From: Emiliania huxleyi CCMP1516
Taxonomy: Eukaryota
Direction: 5' to 3'
NCBI RefSeq assembly: GCF_000372725.1
Contig: NW_005201183.1
Location: forward strand, 5,972 to 69,971
Length of the DNA stretch: 64,000 nt
In this document: one piece after another, positions 44,518-55,929 of the stretch
Position numbering within the stretch: the first letter of the stretch is position 1
How the letters are laid out: each line of letters begins with the position of its first letter
Made by a program: the position numbers and the translations under genes
Notes under the pieces: generated by a model
What the model saw: the letters and a program-made list of their open reading frames with translations, nothing else
Database searches by the model: none
Told to the model about the DNA's origin: nothing

Positions 44518-46818
44518 TCATCTCCGGCAGAGCGCCGCCGCAGGGGCGGTCGGCAGCGCCAGGTGGCTCCGCACAGCATACGCGCTGACTGCGCGCATGA
44601 CTCTATCGTTATGGTCCGCCGCCATGGCTGCTCCTCGGCGCCTCCCGCCGCCGGACGGGTCGGCTTCCGAGCCTGCGCGCCGCTCGACGGCGTCGCGGTT
44701 CGCGCCTGGCGATGCAGGGGTGCTACGTCGGAAGGGAAGGGGCGGAGTGCGGCGGAGGAGGCCCGCACCGCGGCGACGCTCGAGCTCGCGCCGGGCTGCC
44801 GCCTCCTCGCGCGTGCCGGCTGTCCCTCGCGGGAGCCGCGCCTCCGCCGCCTCCGCCGCGCGCGGCGCCTCCTCCGGTGCGCGAGGAAGCTTTGCCGGCG
44901 CCCCTTCTGCAGGGCCCGACCCGGCCGCCGCCGCCGCCGCCTCCCGCCCGCCCTCCGCCCAGCGCTGGAGGGCCGCCTCGGCGGCATCTACCCACGCGGG
45001 CCCGCGACCGCCCTGCTCCGCGCCGCCTCCCGCCACCGCCTCCCCGCCCCACCGGCCGGCCAAGCCCGCCGTGGCGAGCAGCCGGCGAAGCGCCTAAACG
45101 TGTCAGCAAGAGCTCGCGTCTGATGACCTAGGGTTAGGCTTAGGGTTAGGGTGAGGGTTAGGCTTAGGGTTAGGGTTAGGGTTAGGGTTAGGGTTAGGGT
45201 TAGGGTTAGGGTTAGGGTTAGGGTTAGGGTTAGGGTTAGGGTTAGGGTTAGGGTTAGGCTTAGGCTTAGGGTTAGGGTTAGGGTTAGGGTTAGGGTTAGG
45301 GTTAGGGTTAGGGTTAGGGTTAGGGTTAGGGTTAGGCTTAGGGTTAGGGTTAGGGTTAGGGTTAGGGTTAGGGTTAGGGTTAGGCCTAGGGTTAGGGTTA
45401 GGCTTAGGGTTAGGGTTAGGGTTAGCAAGCGCCTAGCAGTTAAAGCAAGAGCTCGCTTCTGAGGCCCACGGCCCACGAGCGACAGCAGCCGGCGAGAGGC
45501 GCCTCGGTCGCTCGGTCGGCGCTAGGCGGGAGATATGGGGAGATATGGGGAGATATGGGGAGATATGAGGCGCCTCGGTCGCTCGGTCGGCGCGTGCTGC
45601 TTCCTCCACCGCCTCGAGGCTGGCCGCCTCGAGCCTCCTCCGCAGCGCGAGCACCTGCAGGGCGGGAGCAGGGTGGGAAGGGCGGGGATGCGGGAGCAGG
45701 GCGGGAAGGGCGGGGATGCGGGAGCAGGGCGGGAGGGGCGGGGATGCGGGGCAGGGCGGGAAGGGCCGCCGGCAAGCGGCGCGAGGCAAACGCGCCTCCG
45801 CGGAAGCCGCGGCGGCGGCGGCCGACGCCTCCTCTGCCGCCTCCTCCGCCGCGCCCGCCCGCCGGAGCAGCGCCGCCTCGTCGACTGCGCCGCAGGCTGC
45901 CGCCGCCGCGCCGCCGGGGCCCGCTCCGGGGGCTCCAGACTCACCGCCGCCGCCGCCGCCGCCGCCTCCCTCGCTCCCGCCCCCGCCAGTGTCGGACGGC
46001 CCATCGCGTCGCTCGAGCGCGGCGGGCAGGAGAGAGCCGCCGCCCGCACGCTCCGGCGCGGTCGACTGCGGCGCGGCCGGCTGCAGCGCCAGGGACTGCA
46101 GCGCCGCCTCGGCACGAAGCGAGCGCGACTCGGCGGCGTCCGCCTGTTCACAGCAGTGGGTGTGAAGAGACGCCGTTCACACCCCTAAACTCTGCGCGAC
46201 TCGGCGGCGTCCGCCCTCGCCGTCGCCTCTGCCGCCGCCGCACGCGCCTCCGCCACCTGCTCCGCCGCCTCCGCCACCGCCTCGGCCGCCGCCTCCGCCC
46301 GCCGCCTCCCCTCGGCCGCCTCCAGCCTCGCCGCCGCCGCCGCCGCCTCCGCCTCCTGCCGCTCCGCCTCCGCCTCGATGCGGCCGCGCCGCGCCTCCGC
46401 CACCCACGCGGCGCAGGCGGCGGCCGAGGCAAGGCCCTGCTGCGCCGCCTCGAAGGGATGGAGGTCCGGGGCCGGGTCGGGGATGCGCATTCCCGAAGCC
46501 CCGCACGGGGCGAAGGAGGCGGAGGCCGAGGCAAAGACGGTGTCGTCGGCGCGCCGCCGGCTGCTCCCCCGCGGAGAGCGGCGTGCCGCGCCCGCCTCGA
46601 GCGCTGCACCGCCCGCCGCTGCAGCCGCAGCTGCCGTCTCGAAGCGCGCCCGCGCCGCCGCCTCTGCCGCCGAGTGCCGGAGGACCGACGCGGCGGCGGC
46701 TTCGAGGCGAGCGCGCGCCTCTACCTGGCACCGCTGGTTCTGACGGTCGCATATGTCGTAGCCATGCGAGGCCGTCGGCGGCGGCAGCGGCGGCGGCGGT
46801 GGAGCTCGTGGCGGTGGT

Positions 46819-46856
<38 letters not shown>

Positions 46857-47057
46857 AGATGCAGCAGCGGCGGCGGTGGTTGAGGCGGCGGCGGCGGCGG
46901 CGGCAACTGCGGCAGCCTTTGCACGTGCAAGCGCCTTTTGCTTTGAAGCTAGGCTGGCTTCGAGCGCCTCGCAGCGTCGCTTCGCGGAGGCGGCCTCTCG
47001 ACGAGCCGCGCCGGCTGCCGCCTCGGGCGACGGCCGGCGCGACCTGCGAGTCGACAT
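44518..47057 (-). CDS. Ala/Glu-rich coiled-coil protein, 4 exons
   Basis: Introns 46144-46214, ~45656-45795 and 45094-45573 join in frame (ATAR|ADAAESRSL; DRATE|ALRRLLATAG). Confidence 0.6.
45129..45425 (+). repeat. Interstitial telomeric array (TTAGGG)~49 with TTAGGC variants
   Basis: Directly visible. It lies inside predicted intron 45094-45573. Confidence 0.97.
46144..46182 (-). mobile_element. 39-nt intron-forming core
   Basis: Sense GTGTGAACGGCGTCTCTTCACACCCACTGCTGTGAACAG, flanked by perfect 22-nt direct repeats 46123-46144 and 46194-46215. Confidence 0.8.
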
Positions 47058-47431
47058 ATTCGTTTGTTGTGTATTCGGGAAAATAAATGGTAACTTTCTC
47101 AGCTCCCCGGCCCTGGATGTGAGGCTGCTGACTGCACTCCAAGTGCTCCAAAAACTCGGGGACCCGTGTTTACTTTAAGGCCCTTTCCCTGCGAACGCGC
47201 ACCCCCGGGGCTAGGGCTCTCTTGCCCGCAACCCGACACCGATCATCCGGCCCGCTGGGTGCGCTTCTCAGCTCCTCGGCCCTGGATGTGAGGTTAATAA
47301 CTGCACTCCAAGTGCTCCAAGTGCGGGCGCGGGTGCGGGATGCGGTGCGGTGCGTGCAATCGTGTGTTTGGCGTCATGTTGTGTGTGCCTTCGCTTGTTC
47401 CTATATTAACAACGAAGTCTAGCTCAAAAAA

Positions 47432-47570
47432 TAAGAATTTTACAACAAAAGGCGGTCGCACGACACGATTCACGCGACAGGCGAGGCGCGGGCGACGGCT
47501 TCCTCAGAAGCCGTCGCCCGCACCACAGGAGCAGTCACACCACTCCCACTCCGGCGCCCACCCACTCCCC
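47432..47570 (-). repeat. Hairpin-containing dispersed tail repeat (copies at 42650-42785 and, diverged, 37980-38078)
   Basis: Near-identical reverse complement of 42650-42785. 15-bp stem GCGGGCGACGGCTTC/GAAGCCGTCGCCCGC. Confidence 0.8.
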
Positions 47571-47683
47571 ACCTCGACATCCCCACCCCACCCCACAACC
47601 CCGCCCCCCCCCCGATAAGAAAACGAGAATGTTCAAAAACGGAGCTCGGATGACTCATGAGATCCGCTTGGCTTTGCACATCG

Positions 47684-50603
47684 TCAGAAGAGGCTTGAGG
47701 CTGGCCGGCTCAGCGTGTACATGCCATCCACAAAGCGCGAATTGTTTTGAAGCCAAACCGGCCAATGCAGCACCGAAGCAAGGACCTTCTCCATCGCGCG
47801 CTCTGGGTTGGGCAGGCCCGCTGCAAGCTGCACGATGCCGTAGCGCAGCGTGTCGGCGTGTCCAGAGTTGTGGGCGTACCCAAAGCTGGTGAAGCGGTGC
47901 ACGCGGCTCTTGGGCACGAACAGCTGTACCGCCAGGGACTGGATAATCAGGTCATTCCACCGACTCATGAACATAAGGCCTGACTCATCGAGTTCGTGGA
48001 GCAAGTTCTGTATATCTGGCTCCAGGAAGCGCTCGATGTTGGCCACAAAGAAGTTGTTATAGAAACCGAAGAAATCCTTGCCGCAGTTCTCGTGCAAGAA
48101 GCTGCGTTCGCGGCATGCGTTCGCCTCGAAGAGCCACTTTGGCTGCAGCTTCATTTTGCTCACGTACAGATTGACCCATTCCCACCACTTGTCGCCATAA
48201 TTTCCGTTGCCGTCCCAGCCGCCGCGCTCCATGGCCACATTTCGGTACGCGTAGTCGAAGCCGCGCGAGCGCATGAAGGAGAAGAGGTTGAAAGGGATCT
48301 CACTCAGCAGGAGCGAGTCGTCGTCGAGCCGGCACACCCACTTGTACCCCATATCGTGAAGCGTCGGCCAGATCCGCACGGCGTACCACCGGATCATCAT
48401 TCGGTATCCATCCGACTCTGTCGATCTCCAAGCGGAGCGGTTCGACAGGGCCAACCACTCCGGGTAGACCTTCCAGTTGTCGCCCTTGAGGTGCAGGAAG
48501 CGGATTTCTCTCCGGCCCGCGGCAACGGCCTCTTGTGTCTGGGCATCGAAGTCGCCCGAGTGACAAATGCGCACGTCGTCCCGCTCTCGCTTGTTGTAGT
48601 AATGGTAAAAGTAGCGCAATGTCCGCCTCAGGAGCGCCACCGAGTCACGACCGTATGAAGAGTGGTTACCGTTCTGCGCCAAGATCACAAAAACACCCCG
48701 CCCGCGCTCGGCGTGCATCCTCTCAGCGCTGCTGCCTTGGCTCGCTGTTCCGTTAAATTCCGCAGGAGCGCTGGGAATGACGGCTTCCTGCGCGGCACAC
48801 TCAGCCGTCTCGCGATGCAGACCGATCTCGTAGCAGCAGATACTCGGGTCTAGACCAAGCTGGGCGAGAATCGGATGGACAGTGCGGTCCCACGCTGCGC
48901 CTGGATTGGCGTGCAGGTACCAGAAGCGGAAGCCCATCTTGACGACGTAGAGATCCCAAAAGGCCGCCATGCGCCTCAGGTCAGCCGTGGTGTTCATCTG
49001 CAGCGTTCGCGACACGTGTATCTCCAGGATTATGGTGCAGACCTTTTCAAGTACTGAGGGCATGCGAGTTGCGGCGTCGACGAACGCCTCCCATTCGCAT
49101 CCTTCGCAGTCGATCTTGAGAAGCTGGATGAGCCGCGTGGTGTGACCGAGCCTCTCGCGAATTGCGTCGAATGGCAGCACCTCACCACCGAGCGCTCCAT
49201 AGCCTGCCGTTACAAGGGAGCCCGCTTTTCCGCGGAGCGCGCCCAGCCCCATGAAGTGGAAGTGCACATTCTTGGTCTTATGCGCCTCGTGAGCAGCCCG
49301 CGTCCGGGTCGTCGGGTCGAAGGCGTGCACCTCGAAGCCCCTCGATGCGGCCCAGTCTTCAAAAGTCCACTGGTTAGCGATGCCAAACGAGTAAACGAGC
49401 CTACCCGCCGCTGCCACGGGGAGATACGAATCGCACAGGAGCGTTGCATCTGACTCGCATCTTCCCAGTAGAGCTTTGCGTCTGTTGCAGGCCGTCGGTG
49501 CCTCAATCAACGCGCTCGGACACCGCGATGTGCTCGGGTCCTTGTTGCAACAGTGGGCCCACATGGGGTGCGCGAACCAGCTGGCGCTCGGACTGCTCAC
49601 CCACCACCCCGCCGTCTCGATGCACGGAGCATTGACCTGTACCGAGCGCCACAGACCTTTGTGTGGGTTGCGCCACAACATGGCCTCCTCCGCAGTGAAC
49701 CCGTCCGCCAGCGCGGTCCTGAGCGAGCGCGTCGCTTCGAGGCTTGGGCAAGCCTGGAACCCCGCGAGCACGCTCACAAAGTCGACCAGCTGCGTTAATG
49801 CGCTGGCTGGCATTGAATGAAATACCCACTGCGTTGCCAGGTATTGAGTCAACGGGTGGTCTGGTGGGGCGCAGGAGCAGTTGTACGCTGGGAGACCAGG
49901 CGGATGTCCGCAGCGCACCCTGTGCCCTGCACAACGAAACACGCCTCTGCAGTTTGCGACCCACATGCTTCCGCGCGCATGGTCACACCCAAAGCTTCGC
50001 CCATGCTCACACTGCGCCTTGCTCGTCTGCCTCACGAGCTTGCAGCCCTGCAGCCCTAGTCTGGCCTTCACAGGAGCGGTCGGGAGGGCCGTCGCGTCGG
50101 GCACAACGATCGAAGAGAGGAGCCCGTCAGAGCCGCGCGAGGAATAGGCGAAGGCGCCGCCGCTCGCGCCCGCGATGAGGCAGGTGAAGACGGTGCAGAG
50201 CACGTTGTGCCAGCAGAGCTTGGGCCACGAGAGCCAGCCGGAGGCGGAGACGGAGCTCTTCCGCGTGGCAGTCGTGGTCGTCTTGGGGTTGACCGTCTTG
50301 GGCTTGACCGTCGCGCCCTGAACAGGGGCGCGATACTGGCTGTGAGCGGTGAGCAGTTGGCGGAAGCCGCACAGGCGGCGAGAGCACCGAGTTTGTGGCC
50401 GACGGCGTGGAGCCGCGGGGCGCCTTGCCATGCCAGGCGCTCGCCGCCGGGGCGGGCTCCTCCTCCGGAAACTTCTTGATCGACCGCAGCGTCTCGACCG
50501 CCGCCGGCTTGAGGGCCGTGGCGACCTTGGTGGCTGGCACCGGGTCGTTCTTGATGGCCGGTGCCGGTGCTGGCGGTGCCGGTGTCGCCGGTGTTTTTGC
50601 CAT
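47684..50603 (-). CDS. Type II membrane protein: Cys-rich module + FkbM/METTL24-like methyltransferase + GT15 (Kre2/Ktr) mannosyltransferase
   Basis: TM helix VLCTVFTCLIAGASGGAFA; VYSFGIANQWTFE..VHAFDPT..LLKIDCEGCEW; GYRMMIRWY..YKWVCRLDDDS..FYNNF..RWNDLIIQSLAV. Probable 5' exon from ATG 50603, with an intron ending at 50318. Confidence 0.8.
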
Positions 50604-52000
50604 CCTTGAGCGAGACGGGCTCGCAGTTCGAGTCACCGTTCACAGTTGTGGCTGCGAATTGGACTTGGCTAGGTGGGATGCAAAGGCCGACAGGGGAACG
50701 CGATTTTATTTTTCTTTTTGTGGTGTCAAGGGCGCCTAAAAGAAGGCGCCACCGCCCGCGTTTATGTATGCTATGACTCGGCTTTTCAAACGCTGTTGCA
50801 ATGCAACACACACAGGTACAGTTCTTCTCAGTACTTTACCATCTCACTCACGCGCTGCTGCGTCCACAAGTGCCAAATCATCTCGCCGTAAATGAAAAGG
50901 GCAAGTCCTCCTCCTCCTCCCCACCGCCCTCCGTCGCCGGAGCGCGCGCCCCCACCATCAGCCGGCCCAGCTCCGCCTGCCAAGCCCACGCCTCACCCGC
51001 GCCTTCCCTCGCGGGTGCCGTCGCGCCGCGCGCGCCCAACTCTGCTGGCACACGGCACGCGTCGTCATTCAGCCGCGGAGAACAGGCGGTGCTGTGCGCG
51101 AACGCGCGCGATCTCGTACTTTCAAGGCTGGATCCGGCCATTCCAAGGGTATACCTTTGAGAATCCCCAGCGTCCCTCCCTCCTAGTCACAATCTCAATA
51201 TCTCGACTCTCCAACACGAAGTGCTGCGATCGGGGGTGGCCCATTTTTTCCCTTCCCCCTCGGGAGAGGGCCGAAGAGAGGCGCCCGTGGGGACCCCGCA
51301 ATTCCATTCCCCCCTCGGAGGGCCGGACTGAGGCGTCGAGGGCCCCGCTCTTTCCTTCGCATAGTGGCCACTCTTCGGATCGCTGGTCGAGCGACCCGGG
51401 GCGGATGCCCCGCGCGCCTGACCCAGGCGCGAAAACGAATCTGCGAGGCGTGGCCGCTCATGCGGCCCGATGGGGAGGAGCGGGGCGGACTACGGGGATC
51501 GGCTTCTTACACAGCCCTTCCCTGCAGCGAGCCACCTCCAACCCACCCGCGCTAGGTCTCGGGTTTGACGCATGGGGTCACTCCCGCGAAACTCGTGAAC
51601 TAGCCGGGGCAGTCGGAGAAGGGGCAACTCCGTGCACTGACGGTCGGCCGCCAGAAAACACGCCTGCGTGGATCGCGTCACACCAATCCTCTCGCTACCC
51701 AACGCGGCCAAAGGATATGCATAAAGGACAATCCTGGGGGGGGTTGTTTTTTGCTGTGCACGGCGTCTCTTGGAGCCGAGAGAACCTGTCGTCCGGACCG
51801 GCCGTAAACGTGTGCTCTGCGGCTCTGCTCTCTGGCTGCAGCTCGTCCCCCGGGACCTAGTACGGGTCAGCCCCGCGCGACCTCGGGAACTAGCCGGTCC
51901 CCGCGTCCCTTGAGGCTGGCTGCTGCTCCGGTGGTCACGCTGCCCTGGACGCTGGGGAGCGTGGACTCGCCTCGTCGAACGGGCACAGCGGCGCCGCACG

Positions 52001-53014
52001 ATGGCGGGGGTCGCAGTGTGCATCACGGGGCAGCTGCGAGCGTGGAGGCTGGTGGCAAGCCATCTGGTCCAGATCGTGCGGCCGCGGAGCGGTGCGGCCG
52101 ACGCCTTCTTCTGCGGTCCGCGCGACAGCGACTTCCTCTCAGCGCGCGCATTCTTGCGGCGCAAGCTGCTGGTGGCGGAGACAAGCATGCTCGTCTACGC
52201 GAGCGCGGTGCGGGTGGCTCCCAATGCCACTTGCACAGCTGAGCGCCTCCTCTCTGCGTGCGACCGGGGCAACTGCAGCCGCAACGGGCTCCTACAGTTC
52301 AACGGCTCGGCGCTGCCACGGCTGTCGCGGTGCGGGTCCAGATCGCCCACGGAGTGCAGCGGCGCGCGCTCCTTCCTCGTGCAGAGCTTCCAGCAAGCGG
52401 CGTGCCGGCGCATGCTTCTCGCTCGCGAGGCGCGCGACGGGCGCCCGTTCAGCGCGGTCGTCCGCCTGCGTCCCGACACGGTGCTGCTGCAGCGAGGGGC
52501 GCTCGAGCAGCTGCACGGCATCCGCCCCGCGCCCGCCGCGCACAGGGTCCTCCATCTGTGCGACTACCTGCAAGCGGGCGGGCGCGACGCCATGCTCGCG
52601 GTGCTGCGCACGATGGCGTCGTACGACGCGGCCGCGGCGCGTGGGCAGGTCATGCCAGACCTGTTCGGCGTGATGGCCGCGCTCGCGCAGGCGGTCAAGG
52701 CGCCCTTTGAGAGGCTGGCGCTGGCGGGGAAGCCGCTGGCGTGCTGCCTGGCGCGAACGGCGCGCGACCCTGCCAACCGCTCCTCCACATGCTTCGCCGT
52801 CGTGTGCGAGAGCGCGGGGTTCGGCCTGCGAGCCGACACGCCGCAGCCTGGCGCCCCCACGCGCCAAGCGTCGGTCACGGGGTACAAGGCGATCACGGGT
52901 CCTGGGCCGGACGGCCTCTGGGCGGCCGCGCGCGGCCTCGGATGGCGCTACGGCCCGTCGGCGTGCGGCGTGTGCCGGCCGGGGAATGAAAGGAAGCGGA
53001 GCGGCGTGCGGTGA
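52001..53014 (+). CDS. Uncharacterised putative glycosyltransferase-like protein
   Basis: N-terminal AVCITGQLR and internal FSAVVRLRPD motifs, typical of an uncharacterised algal/viral family. Intact ORF. Confidence 0.6.
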   Translation: MAGVAVCITGQLRAWRLVASHLVQIVRPRSGAADAFFCGPRDSDFLSARAFLRRKLLVAETSMLVYASAVRVAPNATCTAERLLSACDRGNCSRNGLLQFNGSALPRLSRCGSRSPTECSGARSFLVQSFQQAACRRMLLAREARDGRPFSAVVRLRPDTVLLQRGALEQLHGIRPAPAAHRVLHLCDYLQAGGRDAMLAVLRTMASYDAAAARGQVMPDLFGVMAALAQAVKAPFERLALAGKPLACCLARTARDPANRSSTCFAVVCESAGFGLRADTPQPGAPTRQASVTGYKAITGPGPDGLWAAARGLGWRYGPSACGVCRPGNERKRSGVR

Positions 53015-53119
53015 GGTCCCAAGCTGGTGGTCGTTCGGCACAACTATGGTCACTCTGGGAGACGTCCCTAAACCCCAAAAAGCACGATTCTGAAGTTGGG
53101 CCCTCTGACTGCACTCCAA

Positions 53120-53872
53120 GGCTCGTTGAGCGAGTATATGGGCCACGATGTCTCAAAGATGAGGGGTTTTGACTCCTATAGGCTCCTGACGCTATCCCTG
53201 GCAGCTCTAATGACCGGGATCAGTAGTGCTATGATAGAGGGTGCCCAGACTAGCGCAGGAGCTGCCACACTCGCCCGGACCGTCCCCCTCTGGGGCCGGT
53301 TCCGCAGCCAGCGAGAGCCGACAGCGGGGCCGTGCCGCGGGTGCCTACTGCCGAGTGCCACAAACACTGCGCCGTCCCGCCACCACCTACAGGCTGTCTT
53401 GTGTGATGGTTGGGATGTCCAAACGCCACCATCTTGGCTCTTGCGACCTCAAACCCGCGAGCTGTATGGGTGGTCCTGACGTCGACAGACGCCCGATGAC
53501 CACGGTGAAGCTGAGCCGGAACGCGTCGACAAGTCTCGTCTGAGCCCGTGGCGGTCGCCGGCTGAGTCGCTGTGCACGGACTGGTACCTCAGGCGTCACC
53601 TCCGCAGCCTCAGTTCTCAAACTCCACCACCTCCGCCAGGACGCCGTCGGTGGCACGTTCGGCGGCGTACTTTCTGCAGCTCCATCTCGAGTACGGCGTC
53701 GAGCCTACTCACTCCTGTTGGTTCGGCACACTCGGTGGGGTCCACTGAGTGTGCCGAACGCGCGAGCGGTGCGTCCCGGCAGCGCGCGCAGGCTGCGGAG
53801 CTGCAACAAACTCGAGACACGCTTTTTGGGACATTTTCGACGCTTTTGGCCCATATACTCGCACAACAAGCC
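53120..53872. mobile_element. Non-autonomous TIR element inserted in repeat family A
   Basis: 26-bp TIRs GGCTYGTTGWGCGAGTATATGGGCCA at 53120-53145 and 53847-53872. CCAA duplicated at 53116-19 and 53873-76. Confidence 0.7.
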
Positions 53873-54519
53873 CCAAGTGCTCCAAGTGCTTCGCGTTTCC
53901 TGGCGAACGCGCACCCCCCAGGGGGCTAGGGCTCTCTCTAGGTCTAGCCCGCAACCCGATCCCAATCGACGTGTACACCCTGGCGGTTCGGTTGCGGTTC
54001 GGGTTCTTGTTGTGAGCTGTGTGTGAGCTGTACACGGAGCGAGGGTCTGTACCGAGGCGTACAGGAACGGTACAAGCAAGACTGCGGCCCCCGGTTGGGA
54101 CGAGTGCGCGACGCGGACGAACCGCTCAATAAGGTCGGGGCCCCGTCCCTGTCCGCTCTCTGTCGGCGGCCTGAGAGAATTTAAGCAATCCAAAGTTTTT
54201 GTTTGTTGCGCCTTGTGACGCGGCATGATTTCTTTCTCAGTGCACGCCAGAGAGAGAGATTTTTGAAACCCAACAAGAAATCACGGCTCTCACGCCAGTC
54301 CCGAAAGAAGGAAGAGAAGAAAACAGTCGAACCATGTGGTTAGCGTTAGGTAGGAAGGTGAAGAACAGCCAGGCTCGGACTGGACACCAACGCGGTATGG
54401 GTGGACGCGAGACAGATGATGACGACGCACAAACCCGTGCCCATAAAATCAATTTTTTCTTGCAGGGTTTCCACTGTGACTCTTCAAATAAAAAGAATTC
54501 TGTGTCGCACAGTGCACAG

Positions 54520-54663
54520 CTGGCTGGACACAGCTGGCTGGACTGCTCCGTCATGATCGCGTGCGACGGGTGCGCCGACTGGTTCCACCCGGCTTGCGTC
54601 GGCATGACCATTAAGCAGGCCGCCGCACTAGATTCCTACGTGTGCGGCCAGTGCAAGCTGTGA
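54520..54663 (+). pseudogene. Orphan PHD-finger exon
   Basis: MIACDGCADWFHPACVGMT...YVCGQC*. The first Cys pair and upstream exons were not found. Confidence 0.55.
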
Positions 54664-55487
54664 GGCACTGCGCCTCGCGCCTTGCGCTGCTGGAAGGAAG
54701 CTCTCGGTAGCTGCCTAGGCGTCCGGAGTGGAGCCGTCGAGAGCGCGGCCATTGATCCGAGACACTTCCTGTGAAGGCCGGCTTGTGGAAGCAGCACCAC
54801 ACCTGTGCATCCGACACCGTACATGCACATGTACATGTGACTGCGAGACAGAGGGGAGGGCTCGTAGCGAGCGGGCCGCCAGCAGCAACACGGCGCGGGC
54901 GGCCAAGCTCTTTTCACAGCGCGAAGTGTGAACAGCTCCACGAATATATAATGTCCCAGGCATAGTTGTACGGGTTTGGAATTGCGCAGGAAGTGGAGCT
55001 GTGAAGCTGTCCACACTGGTCCACACCAACCCATTCAGGGGAAGCCCAAGTGCAACTCTTCTTTACTTGAGCACTTGAGCACTGGATAGGGTCAATTCCG
55101 CATGGTACGGGACCCCTCGATCGTCTCGCCCTCCCTCTCTGGCGTGTTCATTGGGGGGGGTCATAACAAACACGGTACAGGATCGAGGTGCACGCTGCTG
55201 AAGCAGTGTCGTCCCCCCTCTCCCCGACGGCGATGGCGGTGTGACCGATCGATCTTCTTTACTACAAACTAGCCAAAAACCACGGTGTCCCCTCTCCCCC
55301 ATTCTCTACGGGCAGCCATTAGTCGGCCCCCGGGCCGCTGCAGTCCACCTCCCTCTCTCGCAGCCGCCGCCACCGCCGCATCCGCCTCGTCTCTCTCTCC
55401 CCTCGCTCGACCGCGTCGAATTCATTGGGGAGCGCTTTCTTCCCAAGGGTGGCCGGAGAGACGCCTGAAGGCCTCTGCCCGCTTCCG

Positions 55488-55700
55488 ATGGCGCTCGTCA
55501 TGTCGGGCGACGACGTGCAGCAGCTGCGGCAGGAGTACGCCTTTTGCAAGGACGAGATGATTTCGAGCAGCGCCGCCGCAAAAGACATCATCGCATTCAC
55601 GGAGCAGACGGCGGAGCCGCTCAGACCCGACTATCCACCGTCTCAGAATGCGTGGATCGGTGGCAAGCGAGGGTCCAAGGGCTCGTGCACGATATGTTGA
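55488..55700 (+). CDS. Heterotrimeric G-protein gamma subunit
   Basis: 70 aa. VQQLRQE..SSSAAAKDIIAFTEQTAEPL..NAW is a GGL pattern. C-terminal CaaX (CTIC). Confidence 0.8.
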   Translation: MALVMSGDDVQQLRQEYAFCKDEMISSSAAAKDIIAFTEQTAEPLRPDYPPSQNAWIGGKRGSKGSCTIC

Positions 55701-55929
55701 TCGGCACGCTTTACATCCTCGCTGTCCTAGAGTGGCCGGGCCAGCCGTCTATGTACTACGAGCGCCTGCAGAGAGAGACCGCCCTGTGAGACTTCTTGCA
55801 TGTTGGGGTATTTATCTGGACAAAAAATGCTTTCCTTCTCCCACCGCGTCACGCGCCGCCGCGCTGCCGACCGGCAGTACTGTAGTGCCAATGGGGCCTA
55901 GCCCTCCGCTCATACAGCATGCCGGCACA

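Noticed and set aside
45129..45425. True chromosome end
   Set aside because: Unique sequence continues on both sides, and the flanking exons join in frame.
44988..45476. LTLT/RVRV ORFs
   Set aside because: Translations of the telomeric array.
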